64,000 nucleotides of DNA from Camelus ferus. Taxonomy: Eukaryota. The translations under genes were made by a program, and so were the position numbers. Position 1 is the stretch's first letter, and each line of letters opens with the position of its first letter. The stretch spans positions 80,230,001 through 80,294,000 of the forward strand of contig NC_045696.1 in the NCBI RefSeq assembly GCF_009834535.1, read 5' to 3'. Below, piece after piece: positions 1 to 12,113 of the stretch. Below the pieces are notes generated by a model. That model worked only from the letters and a program-made list of their open reading frames with translations, had not been told where the DNA came from and did no database searches.

Positions 1-3000
1 GTTTTCAAATTAGATTTTTCACCTTTTCCGGATATATGCCCAGGAGTGGGATTGCTGGATTATACTGGTAACTCTCTTTTTGGTTTTTTAAAGGAAGCTC
101 CATGCTGTTTTCCATAGTGGCTGCACCAGTTTACATTGTCATCAACAGTGTAGGAAGATTCCCTTTTCTCCACACTCTTTCCAGCATTTATTATTCGTAG
201 ACTTTTAATGATGGCCATTTTGAATGGTATGAGGTGATACCTCATTATAGTTTTGATTTGCATTTCTCTAATAATTAACAATGGTGAGTATCTTTTCATG
301 TGCTTGTTGGCCATCTGTACGTCTTCTTTGGGGAAATGTCTGTTTAGGTTTTCTGCCAATTCTTTTGTTGGGTTATTTGGTTTTTGTTTTTTTTTAAGTT
401 GTATGAGCTGTTTGTATATTTTGCAAATAAGGCCCCTGTCAGTCATTTGGTTTGCAAATATTTTCTTCCAGTCCATAGGTTTTTTTCTCATTTTGTCAAT
501 GGTTTCCTTTGCTTTTCAAAAGCTTTTAAGTTTGACTAGGCCTCATTTGTTTATTTTGTGTATGATATGAGGGAGTATTCTAACTTCATTGATTTACATG
601 CTGGCGGTCCAGCTTTCCACAACCACTTGCTGAAGAGACTTTCTTTTATCCATTGTATATTCTTGCCTCCTTTGTCGAAGATTAATTGACCATAGATGTG
701 TGGGTTTATCTCTGGGCTGTCTGTTCTGTTCCATTGATCTAAACGTCTGTTTTTGTGCCAATATCATGCTGTTTTGATGACTGTAGCTTTGTAGTAATCT
801 GGGAAATCTGGGAGGGTTATGCCACCAACATTGCTCTTTTCCCTCAAGATTACTTTGGCAATTCTGGGCCTTTTGTGGTTCCATATAAATTTTATGATTA
901 TTTATTCTAGTCTGTGAAAAATGTCTCAGGTAATTTGATAGGGCTCACATTAAATCTATAGATTGCTTTGGGTAGTATGACCATTTTAACAATATTAATT
1001 CTTCCAGTCCAAAAGCATGGGACATCTTTTCATTTCTTTGAATCATTATCAATGTTTTATAGTTTTCAGCAATAGAAACTTCATCTCTTTGGTTAGGTTT
1101 GTTCCTAGGTTTTGGATTTTTTTTTTTTTTTTGATGTGTTTTAAACAGGATTTTTTTTTTAACTTTCTTTTTCTGATATTTCATTGTTAATATAAAGAAA
1201 TGCAACAGGTTTCTGTATATTAATCTTGTATCCTGTTACCTTACTGAATTCATTTATTAGTTCTAATAGTTTTTGTGTGAAGTATTTAGAATTTTCTGTA
1301 TAGAATATCACATCATCTGTGTATAATGACAATTTTACGTTTTCCCTTCCAATCTGACTACCTTTTATTTCTTTTTCTTCCTCTGATTACTGTGGCTAGG
1401 ACTTCCATTACTATGTTGAATAGAAGTGGTGAGTCTTGTCTTGTTCCAGAATTTAGTGGGAGGGCTTTCAGTTTTTCACCATTGAGTATTATATTGGCTG
1501 TGGGTTTGTCATAAATGACTTATATTATGTTGAGATATATTCCCTCTATACCCACTTTGGGGAGAGTTTTTATCATGAATGGATGTTGATTTTTATCAAA
1601 CTGTTTTTTCTGCATCTATTAAGATAATCATGTAGTTTTTGTCTTTTCTTTTGTTGATGTGGTAAATCACATTGATTTGCATGTATTGAACCATCTTTGC
1701 AACCCTGGAATGAATCCAACTTGATCATGATGTATGATCCTTTTTATGTGTTGTTGCATTCAGTTTGCTAATACTTTGTTGAGGATTTCTGCATCTGTGT
1801 TCATCAAAGTTATTGGCATGTAGTTTTTTCTTTTTGGTTTTTTCTTTGCCTAGTTTTGGTATCAGGATGATTGTGGCTTCATAGAATAAACTTGAGAGTA
1901 TTTCTTTCTCTTCAATCTTTGGAAGAGTTTGAGAAGGAGAGGTATAAGTTCTTCTTTGTATTATTGGTAGAATTCCCCAGTGAAGCTATCCAGTCTTAGA
2001 CTTTTGTTTGCAGGGATCTTTTTTTATTCAATTACAGATTCTATTTCACTTCTAGTGATTGGTCTGTTCAATTTTCTGTTTCTTCTTACCTCAGTTTTGG
2101 CAGGCTGTATATTTCTAGAAACTTGTCCATTTCTTCCAGATTGTCCAGTTTGTTGGCATATATTTGTTAATAGTATTCTCTTACGGTTTTTTGTATTTCA
2201 GTGGTATTGGTTGTTCTCCTCTCTCATTTCTTTTTTTTTTTTTTTAACATTTTTTGTTGATTTATAATCATTTTACAATGTTGTGTCAAATTCCAGTGTA
2301 GAGCACAATTTTTCAGTTATACATGAACATATATATATTCATTGTCACAATTTTTTCTCTGTGAGCTACCATAAGCTCTTGTGTATATTTCCCTGTGCTA
2401 TACAGTATAATCTTGTTTATCTATTCTACAATTTTGAAATCCCGTCTTTCCCTTCCCACCCTCCCCTCTCTCATTTCTTATTTTGTTTATTTGGGTCCTT
2501 TCTCTTTTCTTGGTGATCCTGGCCAAAGGTTTGTTGATTTTGTTTATCCTTTTCAAAGACCCAGCTCTTGTTTTATTGATCTTTTCTATTGTTTTTTAAA
2601 TCTTTTTTATTTGTTTCCTCTCTGATCTCTAGTATTTCCTTCCTTCTGCTGACTTTATGTTTTTGCTTGTTCTTCTTTTTCTAATTCATTAGGTGGTAGT
2701 TAGGTTGTTTAGTTGAGATTTTTCTTGTTTTCTGAGGAAGGCCTGTATTGCTATGAACTTCTCTCTTAGGGCTGCTTTTGTTGTATCTCATTGATTTTGT
2801 ATGGTTGTGCTTTCATTATCATTTGTCTCAAGGTAACTTTGATTTCCTCTTTGATTTTATCATTGACCCACTGATTTTTATCAGTAGCTTGTTGTCTAGA
2901 CTTCATATAATCTTTTTCCCCCCTTATCTTTCTGTGGTTGATTACTAGTTTCATACTGTCATGGTCAGAAAAGATGCTTGAAATAATTTCTATCCTCTTA

Positions 3001-4606
3001 CATTTGTTGAGGCTTGTTTTATGTCCTATTGTGTGTTCTGTCCTAGAGAGTGTTCCATGTGTGCTTGAAAAGAGTGTGTATTCTGTTTTTTTCAATATAA
3101 TGTCCTACAGATATCAATTAGGGCTAACTGTTCTGTTGTGTCATATAGAATCTCTATTGCATTACTGATTTTCTGTCTGGAAGATCTGTCCACTGATGTC
3201 AGTGGGGTGTTAAAGTCTCCTACTGTTAGTGCATTCCTGTCAGTTTCTCCCTTTATGCCTGTTAGTATTTGTTTTATGTATCTAAGTGTTCTTATGTTGG
3301 ATGCAGATATGTTAACAAGTGTAATATCCTCCTCTTGTATCGTTCCTTTATCATCGTATAGTGTCCTTCTTATTCTTTTTTTTTAATGATCTTTGTTTCA
3401 AAGTCTATTTTGTCTGATGTGAATATTGCTACACCCGCTTTCTTTCATTTCCATTTGCATGAGACATCATTTTCCATACCCTCACTTTCAATCTATGTGT
3501 GTCCTTCACCCTAGAGTGGGTCTCTTGTAGGCAGCATATTATAAACTCTTGTTTTAGTATCCAATCTGTGTCTTTTGATAGGAGAGTTTAGTCCATTGAC
3601 ATTTAAAGTAACTATACATAAGTGTGTATTTATTACCATTTTAAATCTTGTTTTCCAGTTGATTTTGTAGTTGTTTTTTCCTTTCTTCCTCTTTATGTTT
3701 TTCCTTTTTTGGTTTGAGGATTTTGTTTTGTATTATACTTGAGTTTCTTTCTTTTTGATTTTTATGAATCTATCGTATGTTTTTGATTTGTGGTTACTCT
3801 AGTTTTTAAGTATGTTACCTCCTAACTATATCTACTTGTATTGGACTGATAGTCAGATAAGTTCAAACACATCCTAAGAGATCTACATTTTCTTACTTCC
3901 CTCCTCCACATTTTGTGATTTTGATGCCCTATTTTACATCTTTATGTTTATCCTTTTGCTGTTCATTGTAATTATAATTACTTTCAGGAAAATTTTTTGA
4001 TTCTTTTTAATCTATATACTGTCTTACATAAGTCATCTTCAATTCTTCTATATATTTGCCTCTTCCTGTTGTGATTTTCCCTTTCCTATAGATTCTTGCT
4101 TCTTTTCTATTTAGAGAAGACTTTTCAGTATTTCTTTTAGGTTTATTATTGCTGTATTCTTTTAGTTTTTGCTTCTCTGAGAAATTCTTTACCTCTTGTT
4201 CTATTCTAAATGAAAATCCTGCTGGGCAGAGTATCCCTAGGTTGCAGATTTTTCCCTTTCAGGACTTTGAATGTATCATGCCACTTCCTTCTGACCTTTA
4301 AAAGTTTCTGTGCAGAAATCAGCTGGTAGCCTTACAGGGGGCCCCTTGTAACTGACGCTTTGTTTTCCTCTTGCTGCCTTTAGAATCCTTTCTTTATATT
4401 TAATTTTGGCCATTTTAATTTTGTATGTCTTAGTGTGGGTCTGTTTGGGTTCATCTTGTTTGGGACCCTCTGTGCTTCCTATACCTCGATATCTGTTCCC
4501 TTCTTTAGATTTGGGAAATTTCCAGCCATAATTTCTTCAAATACATTTTTGATCCCCTTTTCTCTTTCTTCTCCTTCTGGAATCCCCCTTATGCATAGGT
4601 TGGCGT
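1..4606 (-). mobile_element. Degenerate LINE-1, ORF2 region extending toward ORF1; runs off the window start
   Basis: Minus-strand ORF fragments with L1 ORF2 motifs ([20 protein letters not shown]-like YTLFSSTHGTLSR and FSDHDSMKL); many stops and frameshifts. Confidence 0.93.
2233..2464 (-). mobile_element. Young L1 3' end nested in the older L1
   Basis: PolyT head, 15-bp TSD CCTCTCTCATTTCTT at 2218-2232 and 2465-2479; reverse complement matches 48380-48630. Confidence 0.9.
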
Positions 4607-5249
4607 AGTTTTTTTCTTTTTTAAATGAGGCATAGTTGATGTACAATATTATATAAGTTTTAGGAAGTTATCTGTGTTTTCACAGCCTTCATGTGGGCAG
4701 GATATAGAGGGAGCTGTTGTATGGCAATTCATCAAATGTTAGAGCCTGAAAAGGGGACTTCTTTTTTTAATAAGAAAAAAACACACACAAACCTGAGGTC
4801 TTGAAAATTTGCTGACCAAATCCAGATGTAGTCAAAGATAGCAGTGGGTCATTGCCATGTCTCTCCAGCTAAAGTACATGTTCTTCCCCATCAGAGACAG
4901 TGCTGCACGCTTCTTTAAATTTCCTTTAAACCCCAAGCAACTGCTAGGCACATGCAAACTCTATAAATACTTGTATATCAGTAATGCCATTATTCTAAAG
5001 TGGTAATAGAAGCTAAGAGCAGTAAAATCCTCAAAAAAGAATAGGCATTAATTTAATAACCTCAGAAGCATGTAAAGTTATTTTGGAAGATTAATATAGT
5101 TTGGCAAAATAATTGCTAAATCTAATGGTATCATGAAGAAAAGCAACAATGTTATTATTTATATAGAATAGAATAAATCTTTTAGCTCTAGAGGGAACCA
5201 TAGAGATGATCTAGTAACTCCTAATTTTGAATTTAATAAAACCAAAGAA

Positions 5250-6420
5250 AAGATAAGAATATTCAAGACTCTTTTCAAGAAGAAAGCGAGAGCTTTTTAT
5301 AGACAACAGTGCAGTATTCACATGGCAATAGGCAAATAGATCAGTGAATAACACTGGGGACTTAGAAAAGACCTGTGTATAGACAGATACTCAACATGTG
5401 ACAGAGTTAGTATTGAGATCAAAAGGAAAAAAGTAGAGTTATCAATAAAAGATTCTGGTAGAGTTGGTTATCCATGTGGAATGGACTGGGACATCCTACC
5501 TCACTCCATACCAGAAAAAAAAAAATCAATTGCCAGGTAGATTGAAACCATAAATTTTAAGACCTAAATATTGGAGTTTTATACTATATTCATGACTTGG
5601 AGTAGGAAAGGACTTCTTAAACAAGACATAAAGTGTAAACCATAATGGAATAGATTAATGAATTAGACCATGTAAAATTAAGAATATGTGCTTATCAAAA
5701 TATATCACTTAGAAAGTACAAAGAAATTCCACAGAAATTCTAGTTCCACCAGAACCAGAGATTTTGGTTGTCTGCCAGAATCTATGACATATCAAAGGAC
5801 AAGAATCCCAAATACATGAAGATTTTTCATGAACTGACCAGAGTAAAACAATCCAGTAGAAAAAGAATATGAAAAAGTTTTAACAGTTACTGCACAGATG
5901 AAACCACAAATGAACAATAACATATCAAGAGATACTCAGTCTCATTATAAGGAAATGCAGATTATGCCACAATAACTTCCCATTATACACCAACCAGATT
6001 GGTAAAAAGAACCTCCTAAAATACTAAGTGTTGGTGAGCATGCAGTTCAGCAGGAACTCTTTTACTGCAGGTAGAATTGCTAATTGGTGCTGGCATTTGG
6101 GAACTTTCCTAGTAAAATTACATGAACATAACCTATCTATAATCCAGGTAAATGGGCATGTGCCTCAGTACACAAGCTCATGGCAGGACTAACTATCCAA
6201 AAAATGAGAAACCATCCAAAAGTCTTTTAACATTTGAGTGGATAAATTGTGGAATGTTTATACAATGGAATATGTATAAGCAATGAGAATGTTAACAAAC
6301 TGCAGCTTCACATATCACCATGAATGAATCTTAAAAATAATAAGAATGAGTGAAAGAAGTGAGTCACAAAAGAACATTCACTGTATGACTCCATGTACAT
6401 AGAATTCAAGTTAAAAAATA
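5250..6420 (+). mobile_element. Ancient L1 (L1ME-like) 3' portion
   Basis: Diverged L1 motifs (ggaaatgcagatt, ggataaattgtgg...tacaatggaata, tgtatgactcc); boundaries approximate. Confidence 0.7.
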
Positions 6421-6462
6421 TATATATATTTTTGAAAACAAGAAACTAAGGATCACAAAGCC

Positions 6463-7170
6463 AAGACAGCTCTTTTCTCTAGGAGCAATGAGAGCACACA
6501 GGGAGTGTCCCAGTCACTGGGCAATAGATCTTTACAGACAAATGCTTAATACCCAGAAGACTTAATTATAAAATTATTATATTATATAATAATAATAATT
6601 TCCCACATGTTTCTACAAGCTATCTGTGCAGTGGAAAAAGAGATGAACTTTTCCGGGAAAACGACTAAGGCTGGGAATCCATCCAATTGTTTAAAACTGC
6701 TGATCAAACCTAAACTGACAGACACTTTTTAAATAGAAACTATTTTGATGTGAAAATGTTATATTAAATGGGATCATAAACTAAAGTTATTTTGGGGAGA
6801 AATGCAAATGAGAAAAGTTATTAATACCAAGTGCCTCTTTTTCTTAACACTCTGCCACAATGTTGCTGTCTCTCTCTGATCACTGAGGCCAAAGCTATGA
6901 CATGGTCTTTGTTTATTCCTTTCCTTTATCCTCCTCCTTTTTAAATTTAGTCAACCTGTAAGATTACATTCAGTAAGACAGCTCTTTTCTCTGGGGGCAG
7001 TGAGAGCACACAGGGAGTGTCCCAGTCACTGGACAATAGACCTTTATAGATAAATGCTTAATACTCAGAAGACTTACTTATAGAATTATTATATTATATA
7101 ATATATAATGATCTCCCACATGTTTCTACAAGTTATCTGTGCAATGGAAGAAGAGGTGAACTTTTCTGGG
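6463..7170 (+). repeat. Local direct duplication of ~195 bp (6463-6657 and 6975-7170)
   Basis: Both copies run from aagacagctcttttctct to tgaacttttc(c/t)ggg with scattered substitutions. Confidence 0.95.
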
Positions 7171-7181
7171 TTAGGGTTAGG

Positions 7182-7470
7182 TTTTTTTTTTTAATTTTTA
7201 AAAAAATTTATGTATTTATTTTACAATATCATGTTTTTTAAAAATTGAACTATAGTTGACGTACAGTATTATGTTACAGGTATACAATATAGTGATTCAC
7301 AATTTTTAAAGGTTATACTCCATTTACAGTTATTACAAAATATTGGCTCTATTCCCCATGTTGTACAATACATCCTTGTAGCTTATTTTATACCTGATAC
7401 TTTGTACCTCTCAATCCTCTACCTCCATCTTGCCCCTCCCCCTCCCTCTCTCCCCACTGGTAACCACTAT
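7182..7470 (-). mobile_element. L1 3' UTR fragment
   Basis: T-rich head, then tatagttgacgtacagtattatg...ctggtaaccact, typical of a laurasiatherian L1 3' end. Confidence 0.8.
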
Positions 7471-7619
7471 CCAATAACCCTTGTCTTTGATCCATGGAGA
7501 AACAAGCTGATTAGCTCAGTTATAAATACACTTTCCAACAAAGACAAGTATGTGTCCCATTGCTCGTTTAGCAGGAATTGTTTTTGTTTCATTAAACATA
7601 CAGTTTTATGATATCAAAT

Positions 7620-8035
7620 TTTTTCCAGCTTTATTGAAAACAATTGACATACATCAATCTGTAAATTTAAGGCATACAGCATGATGGTTTGATTTACATA
7701 TACCATAAAATCATTACTGTAATAGGTTCTGCTAACATATATCTTGTCATGTAAATACAATGAACAAAAAGGAAAAAAGAAAAAAGGAAAAAAATTTTCT
7801 CCTTGTGATAAGAACTCTTAGGATTTTCTCTCTTAGAAACTTGCCTATTTATCATACAGCAGTGTTAGCTATAGTAATCATGTAGCTCACTTCCTCCCTA
7901 GTACTTACTTATCTTATAACTAGAAATTTATGCTTTTTAACCACCTTCTTCCAGTTCCTCCTCCCCACACCATCCTCCTCTGGTAACCACAAACCTTATC
8001 TCATTTTCTGTGAGGTTTTTTTGTTTTCTTTTTCT

Positions 8036-8067
<32 letters not shown>

Positions 8068-8092
8068 TTAAGATTCCACAGGTAAGTGAGAT
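7620..8092 (-). mobile_element. L1 3' UTR fragment with (CTT)n tract
   Basis: ctttattgaaaacaattgacatac...tctggtaaccac...agattccacaggtaagtgagatc. Confidence 0.75.
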
Positions 8093-8124
8093 CTGTGACA
8101 TCCAATTTTAATTAAAACTGAAAT

Positions 8125-9390
8125 TTGTTTTTTTTTAATTAAAGTACAGTCAATTACAATGTGTCAATTTCTGATGTACAGCACAATGTCCCAGTCTTGC
8201 ATATACATACATATATTTGTTTTTATATTTTCTTCTATTAAAGGTTATTAAGAGATACTAAGTGTGGTTCCCTATGCTATACTATAGAAATTTTTTTTTA
8301 ATTTGTTTTTATATATAGTGGCTAACATTTGTAAATCTCAAACTCCCAAATTTATCCCTCCCTACCCCCTTTCCCCAGTAACAATAAGATTGCTTACTGA
8401 GAGTCTGTTTCTGTTTTGTAGATGAGTTCATAGTGTGCTTTGTTTTTCTTTTAGATTCCACATATGAGTGATATCATATGGTATTTTTCTTTCTCTTCCT
8501 GGCTTACTTCACTTAGAATGATGTTCTCTAGGTCCATCCATGTTGCTGCAAATGGCATTATTTTACTCTTTTTATGGCTGAGTAGTATTCCATTGTATAA
8601 ATATACCATCACTTCTTTATCCAGTCATCTGTGGATGGACATTTAGGTTGCTTCCATGTCTTCACTATTGTAAATAGTGCTGCTATGAACATTGGGGTGC
8701 ATGTATTTTTTCAAATTAGAGTTCCCTCAGGATATATACACAGAAGTGGGATTGCTGGATCATATGGTAAGTCTGTTTTTAGTTTTTTAAGTACTCTGCA
8801 TACTGTTTTTCATAATGGTTGCACCAAACTACATTCCCACCAGCAGTGTAGGAGGGTTCCCTTTTCTGCACACCCTCTCCAGCATTTATCGTTTGTGGAC
8901 TTTTGAATGATGGCCATTCTGACTGTTGTGAGGTGATACCTCATTATAGTTTTGATTTACATTTCTCTGATAATTAGTGATATTGAGCATTTTTTCATGT
9001 CTATTAGCCATTCATATGTCTTTATTGGAAAAATGCATGTTTAGGTCCTCTGCCCGTTTTTGGATTGGGTTGTTTGCTTTTTTGTTATTAAGTTGTATGA
9101 ACTGTTTATATATTCTGGAAATTAAGCCTTTGTCAGTTGCATCACTTGCAAATATTTTCTCCTGTTCTGTAGGTTGTCATTTTGTTTTGCTTATGGTTTC
9201 CTTTGCTGTGAAAATCTTATGAGTTTAATTAGGTCTCATTTGTTTATTTTGCTCTTATTACCATTGCCTGGGTAGATTGCTCTAGGAGAACGTTGCTAAG
9301 ATTTATGTCAGAGAATGTTTTGCCTATGTGTTCTTCTAGGAGATTTATTGTGTTTTATATTTAAATCTTTAAGCCATTTTGAGTTTATAA
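8125..9390 (-). mobile_element. 5'-truncated L1 (3'UTR plus ORF2 C-terminus)
   Basis: Antisense L1 translations ([30 protein letters not shown]); polyT start. Confidence 0.9.
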
Positions 9391-9719
9391 AATAGACCTT
9401 TGTTAAAGTAGACAGATCGATTCTAAAAATAATGTAGGTAAAATATAGATCTTTTATGTTGTTTTTAAAGGAAACTAGCATTTATATATTCATAAGTGAA
9501 ACAAAATATGTTAATAACTTGGCACGTCTTCTTAATACAGTTCACATAGAACAAGGTTTTCTTCAACTGAGCATGTAGGGTAAATTGACCATTTCTGTCT
9601 GTTTGAAGGCGAGAATATAGAATAACATCCTCTGAACTGAGAAGGGCCTTTGAGACTGAAAAGATGCAGCAGGCAACTCCATAAAGTGCAACTATGAAGT
9701 TTATTGTGTGTAACTTACG

Positions 9720-10628
9720 TGTAGGCAGGATCAGGGGAAGAGAATCCAGAGGCATTTGCAGCTGCACCCCATGCCCCTGAAAAGATACAGGGGACTTCAA
9801 GGGGCCAAAGATAAAGATAGAATCTGACTACCAAGTGAGAAGCACCAGCAGGAACAGGGCTTTTCCTCCCCTGGGCAGGGAGGGGGTCTCATGACCATTA
9901 ATCATCTGCGTCACCTAAAGGCATTTCCCCAGTTTTCATACCAGAGGAAAGCAAGATAAAAGTTGATAGGGAACCTACCTGGCATGGGCACATTCCTTGT
10001 GAGTACGTTAAAGCTCAGCCATGCACAGAGGGAGGGGTAGGCCTGCAAGCCTAGGGTGGCGCTGACAAAAGGGAGTTGTCGGTGAGCTGAAAGATCTCTA
10101 CTGTAACCTATTTCTGCTCTTGTTCCAAAACATCTGATCTTTGTCAAAGATGTTTATCAGTTACACCTCAAAGAAAATCTGACAGTCAACTGCCCTGAAA
10201 CAGATCCACCCTAACTGTCAGAGCAGTTCCTATGCAGAGGAAACTGAGAAGTATCCTCTAGTTGCCTTTGCTACATTACTGTGGGAAGATCTCCCACCAA
10301 AGGGGAGACTTGTACCTTGCTAGACATAGTCAGTGCCATGTGCGAGGAAGCCTGAGGGGCTGTGCATGCCCGAGCTGTTCATGGAAATCTCTGCCCTTTT
10401 CCTCAGTTTCTGATGATGCACCTGCCTCTTACCATTTAGAAGTCCTGTCCTCTCCTCCCTTCGTGGAGAAGGTGTCTTTACAGCACGAGCTCTCCCTTCT
10501 CCACTCCTTGATCAAGTAATAAGATTTCTGCTCTGTTTGGCCAACCTGGTCTCATTCTAGTAGCCCAAGCTGCACTGGGCAAGGGGAGGACCCCCTGGGG
10601 TCCACCCAATCCAAGAGGGTCGGCAACA
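9720..10628 (+). mobile_element. Solo LTR-like element (ERV1-like)
   Basis: TG...CA termini (tgtagg...ggcaaca), U5-like 3' part; TSD not found, 5' boundary uncertain. Confidence 0.6.
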
Positions 10629-11453
10629 GAGTCCGTGTGGGTCAGCCACACACTGTCTTTCTGGCAAATGCATTCCTTAGTAATGGCATAGTTTTGATAT
10701 TGCCAAGAGAAATGGGTTTTTCCTATCCTTAGAGCTATTCAACTACTCTACCTAAAAACTGTTTGATTTTACAGCCACTCTATTATGCTCATGGATGATA
10801 TGTTCATCATATCCCAGCTGTACTGAAAATCACCATAATTCTTTTTAAGGTAATTCATTCACCTGTTATTAAGAGGGGTGGCTGAAAAGTAATAAAAAGC
10901 ATACTTAGCTATTACAGAAACCTACTCTAGCTGCTTTCACTGAGAAGTTAACTACAACTCAGTCAGTTACAACCTTGACATTTTGTTTTCACCTCTCCTT
11001 TACTGTGGAGGCTCCTGCTACTGTCACACCCAGGACTGCTAACGGCCTGAGTCGCAGTATGACTTTCGTGGGCTCCAGGTGTTTTTGCTTTCCCAGGTGT
11101 TTTAATTCATTAAAAAAATTGTTACCTTTTATGAATATATTGGGTAAAAAGACAATCATAATCTGGGTTGGATTCGTTATATTCATTTTTTCCTTCTTAT
11201 TCTAAAAGATGAAAATTATTGGTACAACATTATGACCGATTTTAATTTAAAAATTAAAATTAAAAAATAAAATAAATGAAAATTAAAACCTTTTCATGGC
11301 CCCCCTAAAAGTTTGGTGACCCTCAGGCCCTGTGCCTGGGGTGCCTAGTGACTAAGTTAGCCTTGTTAAATGTAGCTGAATCCTTGTAAACACCAGGCAT
11401 TGTGTTAACTCAGTTACATGCTTTGTCTTATTTCACCTCCATACAACTCACAT

Positions 11454-12113
11454 TGTTGCTGGTAGATATAACCAATGTTCCTTCCAGGTTCTTGTCCCAT
11501 CCCAGAAAGAATTCAGACACAAGACATGGAGGTTAAGAAAGTAAAGTGACGATTTATTAAGGAGTGGATAGTACACTCTCAGGGGAGAGTGGGCAGACTC
11601 AGGTGAGCGGCTGCCCTGAGTTTCTTTGGCAAGTTGGTTACACAGGGTGTAAAAATGAATGGATGGAATATTGACTGGGGAGGGAAGGGCTTGGGGTCAT
11701 ATTCCCTGATTTTCGTCTCAACCCCACCTTGTGGTGGGGAGGAGGTATTTTTGTCCTTTTTCAGTCTGGATCGGAAGTGTCGTGGCATCGGTGCATGATG
11801 GGTACTTCTAGTCTGCAAGGCTAATTTTATTGAAATGAGGACATAATGAGCAAAAAGTTACATTCAGACACTGGAGATTCCTGCCTTTTCCCACCTTTCT
11901 TTGTTGGCCTCTAGGCCACTTGTCACCCCCAAACTATGACCACTTATCAGCCCAGAGGTTCCTGCTTTTCTTTCTCTGCCCAGGGACCCCTGGTGCTCAC
12001 ATGATGTAGGGTTTCCTGCATTTGGCCTGTGTCTCTCCTTTCTGCCCAATGTCTGCCATTTGGTCTGTGTTTCCCTTTCTCTGCTTATATCTAGCTATCT
12101 GCCTGCTCTAACA
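11454..12113 (-). mobile_element. Solo ERV1-class LTR, 660 bp, inserted into a MIR
   Basis: TGTTG...TAACA termini, 4-bp TSD ACAT (11450-11453 and 12114-12117), AATAAA on minus strand near 11555. Confidence 0.9.
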
